From NCBI GenBank assembly GCA_963776375.1, contig CAVZMF010000005.1, forward strand, positions 625,595 to 689,594: 64,000 nucleotides of DNA. Reading direction: 5' to 3'. The DNA is from an uncultured Actinomycetes bacterium. Its GTDB lineage: Bacteria; Actinomycetota; Thermoleophilia; Gaiellales; Gaiellaceae. Under the pieces are notes generated by a model. It worked only from the letters and a program-made list of their open reading frames with translations. It did no database searches and was not told where the DNA came from. The position numbers were made by a program, and so were the translations under genes. Below, piece by piece: positions 22,005-31,479 of the stretch. Positions within the stretch are counted from its first letter, which is position 1; each line of letters begins with the position of its first letter.

Positions 22005-22799
22005 ATGTCTTACCGCCTTCGCAACATCCTGATTGCGGTCGCTCTTGCCGGCTTTGCAGCGCTGCTCGTGACGTTCTATGTCTCGAACTACAAGAAGAGC
22101 GTCCAGCACCAGCAGGCCCAGACCACGGTCCTCGTCGCCGCGAGCGACATTCCGCAAGGCACCCTGGGCAGCGACGTCGTCTCGGGCGGGAAGCTCCGCA
22201 CCGAGCAGGTGACGCGCGCCGCCGTCGTACCCGGGGCGGTCTCGAGCGCCAACCAGATCAAGAACCTCGTCGCCATCGCGCCCGTGTACGCGGGCGAGCA
22301 GGTGACGACGCGGCGCTTCGGCCCGCTCGTGCAGACGGGCATCAAGGGGCAGATCACCGGCACGTACCGTGCCGTCCAGGTCGCCGGCAACCCGAACCAG
22401 GTGCTCTCCGGCACGCTCGAGGCCGGCGACACGGTCGACTTCGAGTCGGTCGTGACCGTTCATTTCGCGGGCACGACGGGCACGGGCGTCTCCGGGAGCG
22501 ACGTCACGTTCAGCCGCATCGTCGTCCGGAACCTCAAGGTGCTCCAGGTGCAGACCGGCTCTTCGACCGGCCACATTGGCGGGAACAGCCAGAGCTCCGT
22601 GCTGCTCCGGATGACCGATGCCCAGTCCCAGAAGGTCGCCCTGGCCTACTCCAAGGGCGATTACTGGACGCTCGCGCTCAGGCCCGGCCTGAAGAGCGCC
22701 GACAGCCCGACGAGTCTCGAGACCGCAGCGACGCTGGCCTTCGACGGCATCAGCCGCTCGGTCCTGAATGCGATCTTCAGGATCGCGGAGGGGAAGTGA
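22005..22799 (+). CDS. cpaB: Flp pilus assembly protein CpaB/RcpC (SAF domain)
   Basis: 264 aa with an N-terminal TM (ILIAVALAGFAALLVTFYV), then VLVAASDIPQGT...APVYAGEQV (SAF/CpaB). Confidence 0.85.
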   Translation: MSYRLRNILIAVALAGFAALLVTFYVSNYKKSVQHQQAQTTVLVAASDIPQGTLGSDVVSGGKLRTEQVTRAAVVPGAVSSANQIKNLVAIAPVYAGEQVTTRRFGPLVQTGIKGQITGTYRAVQVAGNPNQVLSGTLEAGDTVDFESVVTVHFAGTTGTGVSGSDVTFSRIVVRNLKVLQVQTGSSTGHIGGNSQSSVLLRMTDAQSQKVALAYSKGDYWTLALRPGLKSADSPTSLETAATLAFDGISRSVLNAIFRIAEGK

Positions 22800-24016
22800 T
22801 GAGCGAGAACGGCAACAACAGCAGCGCGCCTCTCCGGCTCTACGTGACGGGGACGTGCGAGGGTCTCACGGACATCGTCGAAGCCCTCCGCGTCCACGGC
22901 GGAATCGAGCTGGTCGGTCTCACCGAGGAGGTCGTGGAGGCAGCGTCGGCGCTGACCGGCGGTCACCTCGACGCCGTGCTCCACGCCACCCGCGGCTCCG
23001 AGTTCCCGCGCGACGCCTACTCGGCGATCCGCGAGTACACGCGGGCCCCGGTGATCCTGCTCTGCTCCGGCGAATGCTCCGACATCCTCACCGAGGCGCT
23101 GGACGTCGAGGTCGCGGACGTGGTCCCGCTTCCGCAGCTCACGGAGAACATCGTCTTCGCGATCCGCAAGGCCTGCCAGGCGGAGCGGCGCTCGGCGAGC
23201 GGCTCCAGCCGCGTCGGCAAGGTCGCCACCGTGTTCTCGCCCAAGGGCGGGATCGGCAAGACCTGCGTGTCCACGAACCTCGCGGCCACCTTCGCGAAGT
23301 ACCACAAGGACCGCACCCTCCTGCTCGACCTCGACCTCCAGTTCGGGGACGCCGCGATCATGCTCGGCCTCGAGCCCGAGAAGACGATCTACGACCTCGT
23401 CGTCGCCCCGGGCGAGCTGGACACGGAGAAGCTGGCCGGCTACACGACGAAGCATCCCTGCGGGCTGGACGTCCTGCCGGCGCCCATCCGGCCGGAGGAT
23501 GCCGAGCTCGTCACCGAGGGCAAGCTGGCCCGGCTGCTCGAGGTCGCCCGCGCCTCCTACGACATGATCATCGTCGACACGTCGCCGTTCTTCCACGGGC
23601 CGATGCTGGCGACGCTCGACCGCACCGACATGCTCCTGCTCCTCTGCGGGCTCGACATCCCGACGATCAAGAACGTCCGGCTGGGCCTGCAGACGCTCGA
23701 GCTGCTCTCCTTCCCGACCGAGCGCATCCGCGTGATCCTGAACCGCGCCAACACGAACGTCGGCCTCAAGCGCAGCGAGGTCGAGGAGACGTTGCGGACG
23801 AAGGTCCACGTCGAGCTGCCGAGCGACCGGGCCGTGCCGATGGCCGTGAACGCCGGCAAGCCGGTCGCGCTCGCCGAGCCCGGCGCCGACTTCTCGAAAG
23901 CCATACGCGGCCTGGCGGACGTAATCGCGGCGCGCAGTGGGAAGAAGAGCCCGGCGGCGAGCCAGAAGAAGGCGAAGGAGCCCCGGTCGTCGCTCATTTC
24001 GAAGCTGAGGAGCTGA
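22796..24016 (+). CDS. cpaE: CpaE/TadZ: REC-like N-domain plus MinD/ParA-type ATPase
   Basis: 406 aa. The deviant Walker A is VFSPKGGIGKTCVSTNLA. The start overlaps the cpaB stop. Confidence 0.85.
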   Translation: MMSENGNNSSAPLRLYVTGTCEGLTDIVEALRVHGGIELVGLTEEVVEAASALTGGHLDAVLHATRGSEFPRDAYSAIREYTRAPVILLCSGECSDILTEALDVEVADVVPLPQLTENIVFAIRKACQAERRSASGSSRVGKVATVFSPKGGIGKTCVSTNLAATFAKYHKDRTLLLDLDLQFGDAAIMLGLEPEKTIYDLVVAPGELDTEKLAGYTTKHPCGLDVLPAPIRPEDAELVTEGKLARLLEVARASYDMIIVDTSPFFHGPMLATLDRTDMLLLLCGLDIPTIKNVRLGLQTLELLSFPTERIRVILNRANTNVGLKRSEVEETLRTKVHVELPSDRAVPMAVNAGKPVALAEPGADFSKAIRGLADVIAARSGKKSPAASQKKAKEPRSSLISKLRS

Positions 24017-24020
24017 GACC

Positions 24021-25493
24021 ATGGGCCTCCAGGACCGCCTGAAGGTCGGCGCGGAGCAGCAGCAGCAGGAGGGCGACTCGTACGAGGACAGCCCGCTGCC
24101 GACCGCGCTCGCGCCCGCGACGCCGCTGCGGCAGCGCGAGGGCGACCGGCGGGCAGATCCGTACGCCGAGCTGAAGACCCGCATCCACCACGCCTGTATC
24201 GCGAGGCTCGGCCCCGAGCTGTTCGCCAACGACGGCTCGGGCGACATCGCCGATCGCGTCCTGCGGGCGGTGATGGAGCAGCTCGCCCTCGACCGCACGC
24301 CTCTGACCCGCGAGGAGCGTCGCAAGCTCGTCCGCGAGATCGCAGACGACATCCTCGGCTACGGGCCGCTGGAGCCGTACCTCCGCGACACGGCCGTGAC
24401 CGAAGTCATGGTCAACGGGCCCTCCCAGGTGTACATCGAGCGTTCCGGCAAGCTGGAGATGACGACGACGTCGTTCCTCGACGACGCGCACCTGTTGCGG
24501 ATCATCGACAAGATCGTCTCCCCGATCGGCAGGCGCATCGACGAGTCCTCGCCTATGGTCGACGCGCGCCTGCCGGACGGAAGCCGCGTGAACGCGATCA
24601 TCCCCCCGCTCGCCCTGCGCGGGCCCACGCTCACGATCCGAAAGTTCTCCCGCGACCCGTACACGATGGACGACCTGATCAGCTTCGGGACGCTGACGCC
24701 CAGGGCGGCGCACTTCCTCTCCGCCTGCGTGCGCGGAAAGCTGAACATGCTCATCTCCGGCGGTACCGGCTCCGGAAAGACGACCACATTGAACGCCGTC
24801 TCCGCCTTCATCCCGGGCGACGAGCGGATCGTCACGATCGAGGATGCGGCCGAGCTCCAGCTCCAGCAGGAGCACGTCGTGCCGCTCGAGTCGCGGCCGC
24901 CGAACATCGAAGGCCAGGGCGAGATCCGGATCCGCGAGCTCGTCCGCAACTCACTGCGCATGCGCCCCGACCGCATCATCGTCGGCGAGGTCCGCGGCGC
25001 CGAGACCCTGGACATGCTCCAGGCGATGAACACGGGCCACGAAGGCTCGCTGACGACGATCCACGCCAATACGCCGCGCGACGCGCTCGCCCGTCTCGAG
25101 ACGCTCGTGCTGACCGCCGGCGTCGACCTTCCGCTGCGCGCGATCCGCGAGCAGATCGCCGCCGCCTTCGACCTGATCGTGCAGATCTCGCGTCTCGTCG
25201 ACGGATCGCGCCGGATCACGCACATCACCGAGGCGCTCCGGATGGAGGGCGAAACGATCACCCTGCAGGACGTCTTCATCGCCCGCCCGCCGGACGAGGC
25301 CGCGGCGCAGGGGACGAAGGGCCTGCGCCTGCTCGGTGCGCTCCAGTGCACCGGCCTGAAGCCGCACTTCCTCGACAAGATGGCGACCAACGGCGTTGTG
25401 CTGCCCTCGGCGTTCTTCGAGAACGAGGAGGAGGACGGACGCGCCGGCGCCGGTTTCGCGACCGCCAACTTCGGCAGAGGCTTCCGCCGGTGA
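24021..25493 (+). CDS. cpaF: CpaF/TadA secretion ATPase
   Basis: 490 aa. Walker A ISGGTGSGKTTTLNA, plus Asp/His boxes (IIVGEVRG, GHEGSLTTIHAN). Confidence 0.95.
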   Translation: MGLQDRLKVGAEQQQQEGDSYEDSPLPTALAPATPLRQREGDRRADPYAELKTRIHHACIARLGPELFANDGSGDIADRVLRAVMEQLALDRTPLTREERRKLVREIADDILGYGPLEPYLRDTAVTEVMVNGPSQVYIERSGKLEMTTTSFLDDAHLLRIIDKIVSPIGRRIDESSPMVDARLPDGSRVNAIIPPLALRGPTLTIRKFSRDPYTMDDLISFGTLTPRAAHFLSACVRGKLNMLISGGTGSGKTTTLNAVSAFIPGDERIVTIEDAAELQLQQEHVVPLESRPPNIEGQGEIRIRELVRNSLRMRPDRIIVGEVRGAETLDMLQAMNTGHEGSLTTIHANTPRDALARLETLVLTAGVDLPLRAIREQIAAAFDLIVQISRLVDGSRRITHITEALRMEGETITLQDVFIARPPDEAAAQGTKGLRLLGALQCTGLKPHFLDKMATNGVVLPSAFFENEEEDGRAGAGFATANFGRGFRR

Positions 25494-27340
25494 GGCGACG
25501 CCTGCTCCTCCTGGCCGCGGTCGGGTTGCTGCTCACGTCGGGCGCGGCATCGGCCGCCGTTCGCGTTCGCGTGGACACCACGGCGTACCCGACCGTGCGG
25601 GTCACCGTGGTGACGTCCAAGCCGACGACCCGGCCGCCGACCGTTCTCGAGAACGGACGCCCGGTCGCCGCGGCGCGCGCGGTGAACTTCGGGCTCGCGA
25701 AAAGCGTCGTGCTCGCGATCGACCGCTCGCGGTCGATGAACGGCAAGCCGCTCCAGGAAGCCGTGGCCGCCGCCCAGGCATTCACCGCCGCGAAGCCTTC
25801 CGCCGACCGGATCGCCGTCTCGGCGTACGCCACGCAAGCCTTGATGCTGACGGGCTTCTCGACCAGCACCACCGACGCCGACGCGGCTCTCCGATCGATC
25901 GAGGTCGACAGCCGCGAAGGGACTCGAATGTACGACGATCTCGTCCTGGGCGCAAAGAGTCTCTCGCACGAGAGCGCGCCGGGACGGGTGATCATCGCCG
26001 TCACCGACGGGAACGAGACGGAGAGCACGGCGTCGCTCAAGGACGTCATCTCGACGGCAAACGCAGCACACGTGTCGATCTACGTCGTCGCGATCCAGAG
26101 TCGCGCGTTCACTCCGGCTCCGCTGAAGGAGATGGCCGCTCGAACCGGCGGCAAGTACTACGCGGCCACCTCGGCGGGCTTGCTACGCAGGATCTACCAG
26201 AACATCGCCAACGAGCTCTCGCGCACGTGGCGGATCGAGTACCTGACAGCGGCACGGCCGGGCCTGCGGCTGGACGTGAGCGCGTCTGTTCCGGGCCAGG
26301 GCTCAGCGGCGGCGGTGGTCAAGCTGACCGGAGAGGACACCTCCGCGCCGCCGAAGTCGTCGCTCCCGAAGTTTGCCTTCACCGGCCCCAGCACCTTCGT
26401 GCTCGCGCTGGCGGTGGGCGTCCTGTTCGCGCTCGCGATCGGCCTCCTCTTCAGGAAGAGCCGCAGCGACGTCATGCGCCGCCGTATCCAGCCGCACGTC
26501 CAGGACGAGCCGAAGAAGGCCAAGCAGAAGCGGGAGCGGACGAACCTTCTCCGCGGCCTCTTCAACTCGACCGAGCACGTGCTCGGCAAGACCAAGCAGT
26601 GGGCGGCGCTCGCGCGGCTGCTCGAGCGCGGCGACGTGGCGCTGAAGACGGTCGAGTTCGCCTACGTGATCCTCGGCAGCGGCCTGCTCGTTCTCTTCTT
26701 CGTGTCGTTGGTGGGTATCGGCGGATTCTTCATGCTGCTCGGCTTCGTCATCGGCGGGCTGCTCCCGCTCGGCTACGTCTGGCGCAGGTCACGAAAGCGC
26801 GTGGCCGCGTTCGACGAGCAGCTCCCCGACCTGCTCATGTCCGTCGCCGCGTCGCTCAAGGCGGGCCACAGCTTCAAGCAGGGCATTCAGACGATCGTCG
26901 ACGAAGCGCAGGAGCCGGCGAAGAAGGAGTTCCAGCGCGTGCTGGCGGAGACGAGCCTCGGCCGTCCGCTCGACGACGCGCTTTCGGACATGGCCGACCG
27001 GATCGGCTCCTCGAACTTCTCGTTCATCGTCACCGCCGTCACGATCCAGAACCAGGTGGGCGGCTCGCTCGCGGGTCTGTTCGACATGGTCGCCGACACG
27101 GTGCGACAGCGGCAGCAGTTCTCCCGGAAGATCAGGGCGCTAACCGCCATGGGGCGCGCGTCGGCCTACGTGCTGATCGCGCTGCCGATCTTCCTCGCCA
27201 TGCTCCTGACACTCATCAACCACAACTACATGGCGCCGCTGTTCACGACCTCGGCGGGCCACACGCTGATCATCATCGGGCTCGTCTCGATGTCGATCGG
27301 CTCTCTCATCCTCCGCAAGATCGTGAGCTTCAACGGATGA
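25490..27340 (+). CDS. tadB: Fusion of signal peptide, vWA domain, TM segment and TadB (T2SS F-family)
   Basis: GTG 25490 overlaps the cpaF stop. The N-terminal half has a vWA MIDAS-like segment VVLAIDRSRSM...TRMYD...IIAVTDGNE. The C-terminal half is a T2SSF domain (LPDLLMSVAASLKAGHSFKQGI). Confidence 0.8.
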   Translation: MRRRLLLLAAVGLLLTSGAASAAVRVRVDTTAYPTVRVTVVTSKPTTRPPTVLENGRPVAAARAVNFGLAKSVVLAIDRSRSMNGKPLQEAVAAAQAFTAAKPSADRIAVSAYATQALMLTGFSTSTTDADAALRSIEVDSREGTRMYDDLVLGAKSLSHESAPGRVIIAVTDGNETESTASLKDVISTANAAHVSIYVVAIQSRAFTPAPLKEMAARTGGKYYAATSAGLLRRIYQNIANELSRTWRIEYLTAARPGLRLDVSASVPGQGSAAAVVKLTGEDTSAPPKSSLPKFAFTGPSTFVLALAVGVLFALAIGLLFRKSRSDVMRRRIQPHVQDEPKKAKQKRERTNLLRGLFNSTEHVLGKTKQWAALARLLERGDVALKTVEFAYVILGSGLLVLFFVSLVGIGGFFMLLGFVIGGLLPLGYVWRRSRKRVAAFDEQLPDLLMSVAASLKAGHSFKQGIQTIVDEAQEPAKKEFQRVLAETSLGRPLDDALSDMADRIGSSNFSFIVTAVTIQNQVGGSLAGLFDMVADTVRQRQQFSRKIRALTAMGRASAYVLIALPIFLAMLLTLINHNYMAPLFTTSAGHTLIIIGLVSMSIGSLILRKIVSFNG

Positions 27341-27363
27341 ACCACCGGAAGGGGCATTAGTCG

Positions 27364-28278
27364 ATGATCCTGCTCGTCCTCGCACTCATCTGTCTCGGCG
27401 GCGCCGCCTTCATGATCGGCCAGCTCGTCACGGCGCCGGCCCAGGACCGCGAGCGCTTCTTCAAGCGCATCGCCAGCTACGGGCTCGAGAAACAGCGCGT
27501 CCTGAAGCCGGCCGACGAGAGCCTGAAGGTGCGCGTCGCGGTGCCCGTCCTCGAGCGGTTCGCGCGGCTGATCCTGCGCATCAACCCGAAGACGAGCATC
27601 GACGGCGTCGCCTACAAGCTGGTCTCGGCCGGGCTCAGCCGCAGGATCTCCCCGACGACCTTCCTCGCTCTGAAGGGCATCTGCCCGATCGTGCTCGCCC
27701 TGCTCGGGATCGCGCTCGCGTCGTCCATGAGCCCGCTCATGACGGTCGCAATGGTGATCGGTCTCGGCGCGCTGGGCTTCATCGGCCCCGACTACATCGT
27801 CAACTCGAAGATCAAGTCGCGCCAGGAGAAGATCCGGGCGCAGCTCCCGGACGCTCTCGACCTGCTGGCCGTCAGCGTCGAGGCCGGCCTCGGGTTCGAC
27901 AGCGCCGTCTCGAAGCTGACCGAGAGCCTCGAGGGGCCGCTCATCGACGAGTTCAACCTGACGCTGTCGGAGATCCGCGTCGGCGAGTCGAGACCGGAGG
28001 CGCTGCGCAAGCTGTCCGAGCGCGCACAGGTCACGGAGCTGTCGGCGTTCACGCGCGCCCTGATCCAGGCCGACACGCTCGGCATCTCGCTGGGACGCAT
28101 CCTGCGCGTCCAGGCCGCCGACACGCGCGAGCGCCGCCAGTCCCTGGCCGAGGAGCGCGCGATGAAGGCGCCGATCAAGATGCTGTTCCCGACGGTGCTG
28201 TTCATCTTCCCGTCGATGTTCATCGTCACAATCGGCCCCGCGTTCCTCTCGCTCACCAGCCTCTTCGGCGGCGGATAA
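27364..28278 (+). CDS. tadC: TadC (T2SS F-family membrane protein)
   Basis: 304 aa. LPDALDLLAVSVEAGLGFDSAV and a C-terminal TM pair. Confidence 0.85.
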   Translation: MILLVLALICLGGAAFMIGQLVTAPAQDRERFFKRIASYGLEKQRVLKPADESLKVRVAVPVLERFARLILRINPKTSIDGVAYKLVSAGLSRRISPTTFLALKGICPIVLALLGIALASSMSPLMTVAMVIGLGALGFIGPDYIVNSKIKSRQEKIRAQLPDALDLLAVSVEAGLGFDSAVSKLTESLEGPLIDEFNLTLSEIRVGESRPEALRKLSERAQVTELSAFTRALIQADTLGISLGRILRVQAADTRERRQSLAEERAMKAPIKMLFPTVLFIFPSMFIVTIGPAFLSLTSLFGGG

Positions 28279-28293
28279 CAGCCCGCGCTGCCC

Positions 28294-28965
28294 TCAGGCC
28301 AGCGCGGCGAGCCCGTCGGCGACGAACAGCGCGCCGAAAGCGAGCAGGGCAATGCCCATCAGGCGTGCCTGGTTGGCGGTCAGCCACGCCTTCGAGTCGA
28401 CCACCCATCCGTCGGCCCGGGCGCCGGCGATCAGGTAGACCGCCACCGGCAGCAGGACGAGCGCGCAGGCGACGCTGACGTAGACCGCGCCGAGCTTGAT
28501 CGCGTCGGCGTCGCCCACGTCTGCGATGGCGATCGTCGACGCGGCGAGAACCGTCACGACCAGCCGCTTGACTCCGATGCCGAGCGGGAACCCGACGGTG
28601 AAAGCCGTCCGGGGGGTGAGGCCGGCGAGCCGGGCGATGAACGCCGACGTCCGGGACCCGCCGAGCTCCCGCTGCGCTTCCTCGCGTCCGCGCCTCCTGA
28701 GCCCGATCGCGATCAGCAGCACGCCGGCGCCGAGCTCGAAGGACGCCAGCACGACGCTGTCTCCCTGGTGTCCGATCGTGATCGACCCGAGGAGGAGCGT
28801 CGTCACGAGCAGCGCGAGTGTCTGCCCGAGCAGGAACCCGATTCCGAACGTCATGCCGTTCGCCCGCGCGCGATCTGTCCCGAGCACGGCGAGCGTGGCG
28901 AGAAGGGCCACCGGACTCAGTGCCGCGATGAGCCCGTAGACGATCACCTGGCCGACCTCGCCCAT
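28294..28965 (-). CDS. GAP-family (Sap-like, PF11139) integral membrane protein
   Basis: MGEVGQVIVYGLIAALSPVALLATLAVLGTDRARANGMTFGIGFLLG matches the GAP-family N-terminus. Six predicted TM segments. ATG 28965 is preferred over the ORF-track start. Confidence 0.65.
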   Translation of the reverse strand: MGEVGQVIVYGLIAALSPVALLATLAVLGTDRARANGMTFGIGFLLGQTLALLVTTLLLGSITIGHQGDSVVLASFELGAGVLLIAIGLRRRGREEAQRELGGSRTSAFIARLAGLTPRTAFTVGFPLGIGVKRLVVTVLAASTIAIADVGDADAIKLGAVYVSVACALVLLPVAVYLIAGARADGWVVDSKAWLTANQARLMGIALLAFGALFVADGLAALA

Positions 28966-29018
28966 CCGCGAACAATCGCGGTTGCGGCGCTCGCGTGCGC
29001 CGTCTAACGGAGACGCCG

Positions 29019-30740
29019 CTACGAGTTGACGACGCGGAGCGCGGCTTCGCGCTTGCCGAGCTCGCCCTGGGCGCGGGCGACGTACGTCTTGAGCTCGCCG
29101 TCCTTCTTGTGCAGGCGGGCCTCGCGGGCCTTCAGGTCCTGCTCCCACTGATCGAGGCGCTCGGCCTCGAGCTCGAGGTCGACCTCGGCCTTGGCGCGGT
29201 GCGTGGCGACCTCCGACTCCTTCTCGTATAGCGCCGCCTCCCGCTCGTCGACCTCCTCCGCGCGGCTGTCCAGGTCGGCGTCGCGAGCCTTCAACCGGGC
29301 GGCACGCTTCTCGACGCGCTCGCGCTCGGCATCAAGCTTGTCTTCCTTCCCGGAGATGTTGTCCTCGCGCTTCTTCACGTCGTGCTCGCGGGTCTCGAGG
29401 TCTTCGGCCAGGCTGTCGAGATTGCGGCCGCGGACGCACTCGGCGGCGAGCCGATCCAGCTCGGCTGCGCGCCGGTCGAGCTCGCTCTCCAGTTCCTCGA
29501 GCTCACGGCCGCGCAGCACGCGCTCCTCCGCAGCCTTGATCTCGTCGGCCTTGTCGTCGAGCGCTGCGGCGCGCCGGTCGAGCTCGCTCTGCATTTCCTC
29601 GAGCTCACGGCCGCGCAGCACGCGCTCCTCCGCGCTCTTGATCTCGTCGGCCTTGTCGTCGAGCGCTGCGGCGCGCCGGTCGAGCTCCAGTGCCTGCTCG
29701 GACAGGGCTGCCGTGCGCTCGGTGAGCTCGTGGCGCTCCTGCGCGATCTGCGCCGCCTCGGCCTCGAGCCTGGCGCGCTCCGCCTGCAGTTCGTCGCGCT
29801 CGGCCACGATCGCTTCGGCCTCGGGGCCGAGGCGCTCGCGCTCCGCGGCGAGGCTCTGCCGTTCGCCGGCCAGCACCGCCTCGAGCTCGCGCTTCTGACT
29901 CGCGAACTCGTCGTCGAGCCCGCGCTTGTGATTTGCCAGCTCGTCGTCGAGCTCGCGCTTGCGGCTCGCCAGCTCCTTGTCGAGCTCCTTCTTGAGAGAC
30001 GTAGCTTCCTCGTCCAGCTCGCGCCTGCGGCCCGCAGCCTCGTTCTCGAGCTCGCGGCGCGCCTTCGTCAGCTCGCGCTCCACTTCGCGGCTGCGGCGCT
30101 CGAGCTCGCGCTCGAGGTCGCGCTCGCGGCGGGCGAGCTCGCGCTCCAGCTCGGTGACGCGGCGGTCGCGCTCCTTGAGCTCGCCGTCGAGCTGCCGTTC
30201 GTAGTCCGACCTGTCCTTCTTCCTCGCCTCGAGGCTCTCCTCGAGCTTGAGCAGCTGCTGCTCCCGGCGCTCGAGCTCGGCAGCCTGGTGGTCGATCTCC
30301 GAGACGCGGTCGCGCAGCTCGTCGCTTCGGCGCTCGACCTCCGCGGTCTGCTCCGCCAGCGCCGTTGCCTGCGCCTCGACCTCGGCCTGATGCGAGTCGA
30401 GAGCCGCCTCGTCGGCGCGCAGCCGGGCCTCGCGCTCCTCGTGGTGAGCCTCGAGCTGTTCGAGCTCCGCGCCGCGTTGCTCGTACTGCGCGGCGAGCTC
30501 GTCGATCTCCGCGCTGCGCTGCTCGAGCTCCTGGACGAGCTTCGCGTCGATCTCGCCGTTGTCGGGCTTTGCCGCCCGGGTGGGCTTCGCCTTCGCGGCA
30601 GGCTCGGCCGGCGCGGCGCGCTTGGTCTTCGCCGGCGCCTTGCGCTCCAGCTGGGCACGCAGACCGGAGCCGAAGCCCTTCTCGAGATCCTCGTCCGGGC
30701 TCTGGCTGTCGGCGTGTTGTTTGGCGGTCTGAGGGCTCAC
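29019..30740 (-). CDS. 573-aa Glu/Arg/Leu/Ala-rich coiled-coil protein of unknown function
   Basis: Intact long ORF with high GC3. It has a basic Ala/Lys/Pro N-terminal tail, then near-continuous heptad-like sequence and 34-aa tandem repeats. No TM segment or signal peptide. Confidence 0.8.
   Translation of the reverse strand: MSPQTAKQHADSQSPDEDLEKGFGSGLRAQLERKAPAKTKRAAPAEPAAKAKPTRAAKPDNGEIDAKLVQELEQRSAEIDELAAQYEQRGAELEQLEAHHEEREARLRADEAALDSHQAEVEAQATALAEQTAEVERRSDELRDRVSEIDHQAAELERREQQLLKLEESLEARKKDRSDYERQLDGELKERDRRVTELERELARRERDLERELERRSREVERELTKARRELENEAAGRRRELDEEATSLKKELDKELASRKRELDDELANHKRGLDDEFASQKRELEAVLAGERQSLAAERERLGPEAEAIVAERDELQAERARLEAEAAQIAQERHELTERTAALSEQALELDRRAAALDDKADEIKSAEERVLRGRELEEMQSELDRRAAALDDKADEIKAAEERVLRGRELEELESELDRRAAELDRLAAECVRGRNLDSLAEDLETREHDVKKREDNISGKEDKLDAERERVEKRAARLKARDADLDSRAEEVDEREAALYEKESEVATHRAKAEVDLELEAERLDQWEQDLKAREARLHKKDGELKTYVARAQGELGKREAALRVVNS
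29467..29690. repeat. 102-bp (34-aa) tandem repeat, 2.2 copies, inside the coiled-coil gene
   Basis: Units start at 29467, 29569 and 29671. Each encodes RRAAALDDKADEIK(S/A)AEERVLRGRELEE(M/L)(Q/E)SELD. Only about 6 nucleotides differ between the full units. Confidence 0.85.
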
Positions 30741-30795
30741 GCGCGGCTCGTGTCGATCGCTCAGGAGAGGGATCGGCGCGAGGAAGGGGGGTGAA

Positions 30796-31479
30796 CTATC
30801 CCTCGACAGAGGGGGAGAGAGCGCCGTCCGAGGCCGTCTCGGCGACGGCGACGAGCGTCATGCCCCGCCGCAGGAGCCGCGGCCGCACCAACGGCGGGAA
30901 CAGCGCGAGCAGCGCCCCCGGCGACAGCAGCCGCAGCCCGAGCCCCTCGTCGCGCCCGAGCCGCCGGTAGACGGCGTCGCGGCGCTCGTCGGACAGCCAG
31001 TGGGCGAGGGGCACGAGCGTGTGCGTGTCCAGCGGGAACTGTCGGTTCGGGGTGGTCAGGAAGACGCGCCGCGACACGCGGCAGAGCTCCGCGACGAACG
31101 CGCGCTGGGAGGCGAGATCCGGCAGGTGCTCGACGACGGCGTTCGAGAAGCCGATGTCGAAGCTGTCGTCGGGGAAGGGCAGCGCACGGCCGTCGGCGCG
31201 AACGGCCTCGACCTTCGGGAACGCCTGCTGGAAGACGGTCAGGTGCTGTGTCGAGACCGCGACGATGCGCTCGGGCCACGGGTAGAGCGCCTCGAAGAAG
31301 TTCGCCGTGCCGAGGGCGTCGGCGCCGTAGCCTCCGTCGCTGACGCCGACGTCGACGACGGTCGTCTCCGCGGTCGGCCGCATCGACTCGAGGAAGAGCT
31401 CCAGCTTGCGCCGGCGGCTCCTCGCCGACACGCGCGCCGCGAGACGGCGGACAGATGGGCCCCGATCATTGATCGCCAA
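30796..31479 (-). CDS. Class I SAM-dependent methyltransferase (Methyltransf_11-like)
   Basis: 227 aa. Motif I is VVDVGVSDGG and the post-I/II region is LPFPDDSFDIGFSNAVVEHL. TTG start at 31479. Confidence 0.75.
   Translation of the reverse strand: MAINDRGPSVRRLAARVSARSRRRKLELFLESMRPTAETTVVDVGVSDGGYGADALGTANFFEALYPWPERIVAVSTQHLTVFQQAFPKVEAVRADGRALPFPDDSFDIGFSNAVVEHLPDLASQRAFVAELCRVSRRVFLTTPNRQFPLDTHTLVPLAHWLSDERRDAVYRRLGRDEGLGLRLLSPGALLALFPPLVRPRLLRRGMTLVAVAETASDGALSPSVEG

Noticed and set aside
29467-29690. Regularly spaced direct repeats that might be a CRISPR-like array
   Set aside because: The repeats are contiguous 102-bp units with no unique spacers. They lie in frame inside a long coiled-coil CDS and encode a repeated 34-aa peptide.
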